A stretch of DNA of 64,000 bases, taken from the NCBI RefSeq assembly GCF_003334335.1, contig NZ_QOWQ01000012.1; one strand, 5' to 3'. The position numbers were made by a program, and so were the translations under genes. The notes under the pieces were generated by a model that worked only from the letters and a program-made list of their open reading frames with translations, was not told the DNA's origin and searched no databases. Positions 51,975-64,000 of the stretch are shown here, one piece after another (position 1 is the stretch's first letter; the number at the start of each line of letters is the position of its first letter). Origin of the DNA: Escherichia coli (GTDB taxonomy: Bacteria > Pseudomonadota > Gammaproteobacteria > Enterobacterales > Enterobacteriaceae).

Positions 51975-52060
51975 GTCAGATGCGGCATGAACGCCTGATT
52001 CGGCCTACAAAGGTTTGTAATTCAGAAACTTTGTAGGCCTGATAAGCGTAGCGCAGCAGG
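51975..52060. repeat. BIME/REP cluster containing a long palindrome
   Basis: cctacaaaggtttgtaattcagaaactttgtagg inverted repeat followed by ttgtaggcctgataagcgtagcgcagcaggc (REP-like). Confidence 0.7.
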
Positions 52061-52076
52061 CAATTCGCCGCGTTTT

Positions 52077-53441
52077 TTATGCCTGACGAATTGCCTGTTC
52101 TATCTCAAAGCGATTCGTCACTTTGCTGTCGATTTTCACATAAGCTGAATGTTCTTCTTCTGCAATCAACACTTCTTTGATGCCTTCAGTTTCTAGCAAA
52201 CGCACTTTTAACGCCTCGTTTGCGGCAATGTTCGCCGGGATTTCAATGCGCAAACTGCTGACATACGGCGGTTCTTTCATGGTACTGGCGACTGTCAGCC
52301 ACACTGCGGCCAGCATTGCGCCAGCGAGAAATACCCCCTGACCGTCAAACATGCCGTTAATCCAGCCGCCCAGCGAACCGCCAATCGCCACGCCAAGAAA
52401 CTGGCTGGTGGAGTAAACACCCATCGCCGTACCTTTGTAACCTGCTGGCGACTCTTTACTGATAAGTGAGGGCAGGAGGGCTTCCATCAAATTAAACGCC
52501 ACAAAGAAAAGCTGCACGCCGACCACCAGTTGCCAGAACTGCGTTTGCGCGTTCCACAACACAATTTCCGCAACCACGATCAACCCGACGCAGAAGACAA
52601 AGACTTGCTTCATTTTGCGCTTAACTTCAGCGTAGATAATGAAAGGCACGACCGAGCCAAAGGCGATTAGCATTGTCGCCAGATAGACCTTCCAGTGTTC
52701 AGCCGCCGGGAACCCTGCATCAGCCAGTTGTCCGGGCAGGGCAACAAACGTCGACATCAGCAAAATATGCAGACACATAATGCCAAAGTTGAGTTTCAGC
52801 AGCCGCGGTTCCGCCAGCACTTTACTGAAACTGCCTTTCACCATTCCGGACTCACGATTAAGTACGTGAGTGCTACTGTTGGGCACAACCCAAATGGTCA
52901 ACGCAATGCCGGTCGTTGCCAGAATAGCGATCATCCAGAACAGCGCGTGCAGCCCAAGTTTGTGAGTGATGATCGGGCCAAGCACCATCGCAATGGCAAA
53001 GGTAATGCCAAAGCTCACGCCGATAAACGCCATCGCTTTGGTGCGGTTTTGTTCGCGCGTGAGATCGGAAAGCAGCGCCATAACGGCGGCGGCAATTGCT
53101 CCAGAGCCTTGTAGCGCCCGGCCCAGAATAATTCCCCAGATGGAGTCGGAAAGCGCAGCGATAACGCTACCGGCGGCAAACACCGCCAGCCCACCGACAA
53201 TTAATGGTTTGCGACCAATGCGGTCGGAAAGCAGGCCAAACGGAATCTGAAAAACGGCCTGAGTCAGACCATAAATACCAATGGCAATACCGATTAATGC
53301 TTCGCTGGCACCTTGCAGAGCCATGCCGTACGTGGTCAGAACCGGCAGAACCATAAACATGCCCAGCATGCGCAACGAGAATACGGTCCCTAAACCCCAG
53401 GTCGCGCGCCTCTCACCTGGCGTCATTTTATAATCGTTCAT
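52077..53441 (-). CDS. yajR: MFS transporter YajR (with C-terminal cytoplasmic domain)
   Basis: Start at ATG 53441 (MNDYKMTPGERRATWGLGTVFSLRMLGMFMVLPVL...), 454 aa; the track ORF extends 66 codons upstream into cyoE. Confidence 0.9.
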   Translation of the reverse strand: MNDYKMTPGERRATWGLGTVFSLRMLGMFMVLPVLTTYGMALQGASEALIGIAIGIYGLTQAVFQIPFGLLSDRIGRKPLIVGGLAVFAAGSVIAALSDSIWGIILGRALQGSGAIAAAVMALLSDLTREQNRTKAMAFIGVSFGITFAIAMVLGPIITHKLGLHALFWMIAILATTGIALTIWVVPNSSTHVLNRESGMVKGSFSKVLAEPRLLKLNFGIMCLHILLMSTFVALPGQLADAGFPAAEHWKVYLATMLIAFGSVVPFIIYAEVKRKMKQVFVFCVGLIVVAEIVLWNAQTQFWQLVVGVQLFFVAFNLMEALLPSLISKESPAGYKGTAMGVYSTSQFLGVAIGGSLGGWINGMFDGQGVFLAGAMLAAVWLTVASTMKEPPYVSSLRIEIPANIAANEALKVRLLETEGIKEVLIAEEEHSAYVKIDSKVTNRFEIEQAIRQA

Positions 53442-53589
53442 TACCACCTCTGTTTTAAATTCGCGACTAGTGTAAAGCGGCAAACGAATGGGGTAAACAT
53501 GCGGATTTTTTAGTAAATATTTCGAGAGGGATATGTTTCTAATGCTAAGAAAAAAGGTGCCGTAGCACCTTTTTAATAGAGAGGTTTTG

Positions 53590-54480
53590 TTACCACACAG
53601 CAGCCAGCAGCGTATGCGAGTCCGGTACCATAAAATCAACGGACATCATCACCGAGAGGGCAGTGATGGCGATGATAGAGAAGCCGAACAGCTTGCGCGC
53701 CCAGATTCTGTCATCAGCAACTTTATAACCGCGCAGAGCCATACCTAACCACCAGACGCTAACCGCCGCGGCGACCACCAGATATTTATACCCAGCGTAA
53801 CCGCCAAGAGAGAGCATCAGCGTGGCAACGGCAAAGGCGATGATATACAGCGTGATGTGATTCTTCGCCACCGAAATGCCTTTTACCACTGGCAATACCG
53901 GAATGTTTGCCGCCTGGTAATCCTTAAAGCGGAAAATGGCGATGGCATAGGAGTGAGGCATCTGCCACAGGCTGAAGATAGCCAGCAGGATCGCTGCGCC
54001 GCTATCGAACTCACCGGTTACCGCACAGTAGCCGATCACCGGCGGCGCAGCGCCGGAGAGCGAACCAATCAACGTGCCGTAGACAGAGTGGCGTTTCATG
54101 TACAGGCTATAAACGCCGACATAAACCACAAAGCCCATCACCCCCAGCCAGCAGGCCAGCGGATTCGCGCCAAACCACAGCAGCATAAAGCCAGCAATAC
54201 CCAGCAACGTGGCGTACACCAGCGAGACAGCAGGAGAGATCAGGCCTTTCACCAGCACCCGATTCTTCGTCCTTTCCATCTTTCTGTCGATATCCCTGTC
54301 GATGTAGTTGTTAAACACACAACCCGACGCCACAACCAGTGACACCCCAACCAGCGTGTAGATAAACAGGGGATAATCAATGCTGCCCTTTGAGGCCAGC
54401 AGGAATCCCCCAATCACCGAGATCAGGTTGCCAAAGATGATGCCTGGTTTCGTTACTTGCAGGTATTGCTTAAACATCAT
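53590..54480 (-). CDS. cyoE: protoheme IX farnesyltransferase (heme O synthase)
   Basis: Start at ATG 54480 ([29 protein letters not shown]...), 296 aa, UbiA family. Confidence 0.95.
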
Positions 54481-54491
54481 AACCGCCGCTC

Positions 54492-57428
<2,937 letters not shown>

Positions 57429-57437
57429 TCAACCCCT

Positions 57438-58844
<1,407 letters not shown>

Positions 58845-60320
58845 TTACGTCAGATGCGTTTTTCGTAGCGCCAGATAATCCAGCAAACCACCAAGCACGA
58901 CGCCAGAAAGGGCGACTAAAACCCCGACTTCCAGCAGAGCAGGCAGGAAAGAGAAGTGCGTCAAATCCAGCGCGTCCATCGTCAATAGCAGTAACCACAC
59001 GGCCAACAGGCTGACGCCCGCCGCCAGTGTCCACATGGCAAAGGCATAACCTGCCGGATATGCGGTACGGGAGATAAAGTTGTCATTTACTCGTGTATAT
59101 TCAAGCGTCTGGCGGCAAACCAGCAGCAAAATAAGCCCTGGTACGGCAGCGGCGACGGAGAATAGATAGAATGTCGACCAGCCGTGTGCTTCAACAAACC
59201 AACCCGCCACGGGGCCGACATAAACTCGCCCTACAGCAGAAAGCGCTGAGAGCAGGGCAAATTGAGTAGCGGAAAATGACTTATTACATAGCGTCATTAA
59301 CAGCGCGACAAAGGCTGATGTGCCCATCCCGCCACAGAGGTTTTCGAAAAAGACGGCTGCGCCCATGCTGTAGAGATGCTTATCAGTAATCGACAGCAGC
59401 CAGTAACCGGCGTTAGACGCACCTTGTAAAATGCCGAAAATCAGCAGTGCCCGGAACAGTGACAGGCGCTGCATCAAAATCCCACCGTACAATGCGCCAA
59501 CAATGGTCGCTAGTAAGCCAAGCGTTTTGTTAACCACGCCTACTTCACCCGCATCAAACCCGACGCCGCGAATCAAAAACGTGGTTGTCAGGCTCATGGC
59601 GAATGCGTCGCCCAGCTTATACAGCACGATAAGAAGCAAAATAAGCCAGGCATTATTGCGACCAAAGAAATCTCGCAGAGGTGCAACAACCGCTTGTTCC
59701 AGCGTTTTTGGCACAGGAATGGTGTCGGTCGGTTCTGGTGCAAGCAACGTCGCGATAATACAGGGGATCAACAGCGCCGCCATCAACCAGTACATGCCCT
59801 GCCAGCCCAGCCATTTATCTGCCAGCCACAGGGCTAGGCCGCCGGAAACCAGCATCCCTAAACGGTAACCCAGAACGCTGATTGCCGCGCCCGCACCACG
59901 TTCTTCTGCCGGGAGCACATCGGTTTTCCACGCATCGAAGACAATATCCTGGGAGGCAGAGCAAAAAGCGATCACCACCGCCAGCGCCGCCATCCAGCGG
60001 AGTTGGGTGCCTGGTTCGAGAAAACCCATCGCCGCAATGGCGACTAATAACAGGATTTGCGTGGCGAGCAGCCAACCGCGTCGCCGCCCAAAAAATGGAG
60101 GCGTGTAGCGGTCCATCAGCGGTGACCAGAGGAATTTAAAAACGTAAGCCTGGCCTACCAGAGAGAAGAAACCAATGGTTTTGAGATCAATATTCTCGAC
60201 CGTCATCCAGGCCTGTAAGGTACCGGATGTCAGGGCGAGCGGTAGCCCGGAAGCAAAACCCAGGATCAGCAATATGGCTGAACGCGGCTGTTGAAAAATA
60301 CGTAAATATTGACTGGACAT
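58845..60320 (-). CDS. ampG: muropeptide permease AmpG (MFS)
   Basis: 491-aa polytopic ORF MSSQYLRIFQQPRSAILLILGFASGLPLALTSGTLQAWM... Confidence 0.95.
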   Translation of the reverse strand: MSSQYLRIFQQPRSAILLILGFASGLPLALTSGTLQAWMTVENIDLKTIGFFSLVGQAYVFKFLWSPLMDRYTPPFFGRRRGWLLATQILLLVAIAAMGFLEPGTQLRWMAALAVVIAFCSASQDIVFDAWKTDVLPAEERGAGAAISVLGYRLGMLVSGGLALWLADKWLGWQGMYWLMAALLIPCIIATLLAPEPTDTIPVPKTLEQAVVAPLRDFFGRNNAWLILLLIVLYKLGDAFAMSLTTTFLIRGVGFDAGEVGVVNKTLGLLATIVGALYGGILMQRLSLFRALLIFGILQGASNAGYWLLSITDKHLYSMGAAVFFENLCGGMGTSAFVALLMTLCNKSFSATQFALLSALSAVGRVYVGPVAGWFVEAHGWSTFYLFSVAAAVPGLILLLVCRQTLEYTRVNDNFISRTAYPAGYAFAMWTLAAGVSLLAVWLLLLTMDALDLTHFSFLPALLEVGVLVALSGVVLGGLLDYLALRKTHLT

Positions 60321-60363
60321 GGGCGTCTACAGGCCCGGCTTGCACCGGGCCAGAGGGCAGAAA

Positions 60364-60942
60364 TTAACGCACGTTCTGCTTGATGAATTCGTGGATGCTG
60401 GTGTCCTGAGACATATCAGCGATGGTATCGGTCAGCACACTGTTAACCGCATCGGCGATATTTTTGTTGGAGGCCTGGAACGCACCTTCAACGTTGTAGC
60501 TGGCACGATAGTTTTTGGTCATTTTGTTGCCATTCTGCGCGGTAGCGATGATGGCGATATCCGCTTTGGTCGCGATGTTGTAGCGCACGTTGCCCTGGGA
60601 CACGTCAGCATACAGTTGGCTAACGATGATTTGCAGATTAACCGGGCCATTCGGACCAACCATGTAACCACGCGCGGTCATCTGTTTTTCCAGCACTTCT
60701 TGCAGCAGGAAACGCAGATCGCGGGAGGCGGTCAGGGTAACGATTTGATTATCGCGGGTGACTTTTGCCAGCGCCTGATCGGTACGCTGATCGGCACCAT
60801 TAATGCTTACGGTGACGCCCATCAGGCTTGGATCCTGCTGTGGCAGTGTAATCGTCGGGGAAACTTCAATAGTTGTTGGCGGTTTTGCGCATCCTGCAAG
60901 CATAAACAGAGCAACTAACGGGAAGAGGATTTTTTTGAACAT
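60364..60942 (-). CDS. yajG: lipoprotein YajG
   Basis: Start at ATG 60942 (MFKKILFPLVALFMLAGC lipobox), 192 aa. Confidence 0.9.
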   Translation of the reverse strand: MFKKILFPLVALFMLAGCAKPPTTIEVSPTITLPQQDPSLMGVTVSINGADQRTDQALAKVTRDNQIVTLTASRDLRFLLQEVLEKQMTARGYMVGPNGPVNLQIIVSQLYADVSQGNVRYNIATKADIAIIATAQNGNKMTKNYRASYNVEGAFQASNKNIADAVNSVLTDTIADMSQDTSIHEFIKQNVR

Positions 60943-61246
60943 GTTCGGGCTCTCAGAGACTCTTAAGCGTGTTTGGTAAAAATTCCCGCCATCATAACAT
61001 TGCCAACGGCGAGGGGAAGTGGGTAAGGCATGTAAATTCATCATGTTGACGAAATAATCGCCCCTGGTAAAAGAAACACTGATGCGAGGCCTGTGTTTCA
61101 ATCTTTAAATCAGTAAACTTCATACGCTTGACGGAAAAACCAGGACGAAACCTAAATATTTGTTGTTAAGCTGCAATGGAAACGGTAAAAGCGGCTAGTA
61201 TTTAAAGGGATGGATGACATCTCAGCGTTGTCGGAGGAGATATTTC

Positions 61247-61564
61247 ATGATGATACGTGAGCGGATAGAAGAAAAATTAAGGGCGGCGTTCCAACCCGTA
61301 TTCCTCGAAGTAGTGGATGAAAGCTATCGTCACAATGTCCCAGCCGGCTCTGAAAGCCATTTTAAAGTTGTGCTGGTCAGCGATCGTTTTACGGGTGAAC
61401 GTTTTCTGAATCGTCATCGAATGATTTACAGTACTTTAGCGGAGGAACTCTCTACTACCGTTCATGCGCTGGCTCTGCATACTTACACTATTAAGGAGTG
61501 GGAAGGGTTGCAGGACACCGTCTTTGCCTCTCCTCCCTGTCGTGGAGCAGGAAGCATCGCGTAA
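61247..61564 (+). CDS. bolA: stress/morphogene transcriptional regulator BolA
   Basis: Start at ATG 61247 ([45 protein letters not shown]...), 105 aa. Confidence 0.93.
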
Positions 61565-61617
61565 AAACGCATTTGCAACTGTCGGCGCTTTTCCAGTATG
61601 TTGCTAAAGATTTTATG

Positions 61618-61646
61618 AAAAACGGCCTGCGGGCCGTTTTGTTTTG
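61618..61646 (+). terminator. intrinsic terminator after bolA
   Basis: aaaacggcc-(loop tgcg)-ggccgtttt hairpin followed by gttttgt. Confidence 0.8.
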
Positions 61647-61898
61647 TCTGGATTTTGCGCTTTTTGCCCAGCATTCAGACGAAAATTGCCCGGGAATTGT
61701 GAAAAAATACGCGACAGCGCGCAATAACCGTTCTCGACTCATAAAAGTGATGCCGCTATAATGCCGCGTCCTATTTGAATGCTTTCGGGATGATTCTGGT
61801 AACAGGGAATGTGATTGATTATAAGAACATCCCGGTTCCGCGAAGCCAACAACCTGTGCTTGCGGGGTAAGAGTTGACCGAGCACTGTGATTTTTTGA

Positions 61899-63206
<1,308 letters not shown>

Positions 63207-63240
63207 TTTACGCAGCATAACGCGCTAAATTCGCACAAAG

Positions 63241-63273
63241 GCCCGTCACCGCCAGGTGGTGGGCTTTTTTTTG
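63241..63273 (+). terminator. intrinsic terminator after tig
   Basis: gcccgtcacc-(loop gcca)-ggtggtgggc hairpin (two G-U pairs) followed by a run of 8 T. Confidence 0.8.
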
Positions 63274-63451
63274 TCATGAATTTTGCATGGAACCGTGCGA
63301 AAAGCCTCTTTCGGTGTTAGCGTAACAACAAAAGATTGTTATGCTTGAAATATGGTGATGCCGTACCCATAACACAGGGACTAGCTGATAATCCGTCCAT
63401 AAGGTTACAATCGGTACAGCAGGTTTTTTCAATTTTATCCAGGAGACGGAA

Positions 63452-64000
63452 ATGTCATACAGCGGCGAACGAGATAACTTTGCACCCCATATGGCGCTGG
63501 TGCCGATGGTCATTGAACAGACCTCACGCGGTGAGCGCTCTTTTGATATCTATTCTCGTCTACTTAAGGAACGCGTCATTTTTCTGACTGGCCAGGTTGA
63601 AGACCACATGGCTAACCTGATTGTGGCGCAGATGCTGTTCCTGGAAGCGGAAAACCCAGAAAAAGATATCTATCTGTACATTAACTCCCCAGGCGGGGTG
63701 ATCACTGCCGGGATGTCTATCTATGACACCATGCAGTTTATCAAGCCTGATGTCAGCACCATCTGTATGGGCCAGGCGGCCTCGATGGGCGCTTTCTTGC
63801 TGACCGCAGGGGCAAAAGGTAAACGTTTTTGCCTGCCGAATTCGCGCGTGATGATTCACCAACCGTTGGGCGGCTACCAGGGCCAGGCGACCGATATCGA
63901 AATTCATGCCCGTGAAATTCTGAAAGTTAAAGGGCGCATGAATGAACTTATGGCGCTTCATACGGGTCAATCATTAGAACAGATTGAACGTGATACCGAG
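63452..64000 (+). CDS. clpP: ATP-dependent Clp protease proteolytic subunit (5' part; continues past window end)
   Basis: ATG at 63452 after aggagacgg; reads [56 protein letters not shown]... including the active-site region GQAASMGAF; no stop before 64000. Confidence 0.95.
   Translation, partial: MSYSGERDNFAPHMALVPMVIEQTSRGERSFDIYSRLLKERVIFLTGQVEDHMANLIVAQMLFLEAENPEKDIYLYINSPGGVITAGMSIYDTMQFIKPDVSTICMGQAASMGAFLLTAGAKGKRFCLPNSRVMIHQPLGGYQGQATDIEIHAREILKVKGRMNELMALHTGQSLEQIERDTE

Overview
The window reads as a contiguous stretch of ordinary enterobacterial core chromosome, most consistent with Escherichia coli K-12 from the yaiT remnant through ampH, the pho, sbc, sec and cyo loci to the start of clpP. 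I found no convincing novel or inserted system. Identification is from reading the supplied ORF translations and recalling protein families and gene order; no database search was run, so all gene names and expected lengths are recollection. About 58 protein-coding genes are supported, every ORF track entry over roughly 150 aa is either one of these genes or an antisense shadow of one, and gene order is uninterrupted. Starts were moved off the ORF-track coordinate wherever the known N-terminus and a Shine-Dalgarno placed the start downstream; ends include the stop codon. I see no rRNA, tRNA, CRISPR array, insertion sequence, integrase or prophage. Non-coding content is REP/BIME palindromic repeats, several intrinsic terminators, two Pho boxes and a TyrR/TrpR operator cluster. 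The most worthwhile second looks are modest: an autotransporter beta-domain remnant at the window start, a ykiA-like ORF with no usable start codon, an internal 34-aa duplication in PsiF, the orphan HNH protein YajD, and two unusually long intergenic regions (ddlA-iraP, phoR-brnQ).
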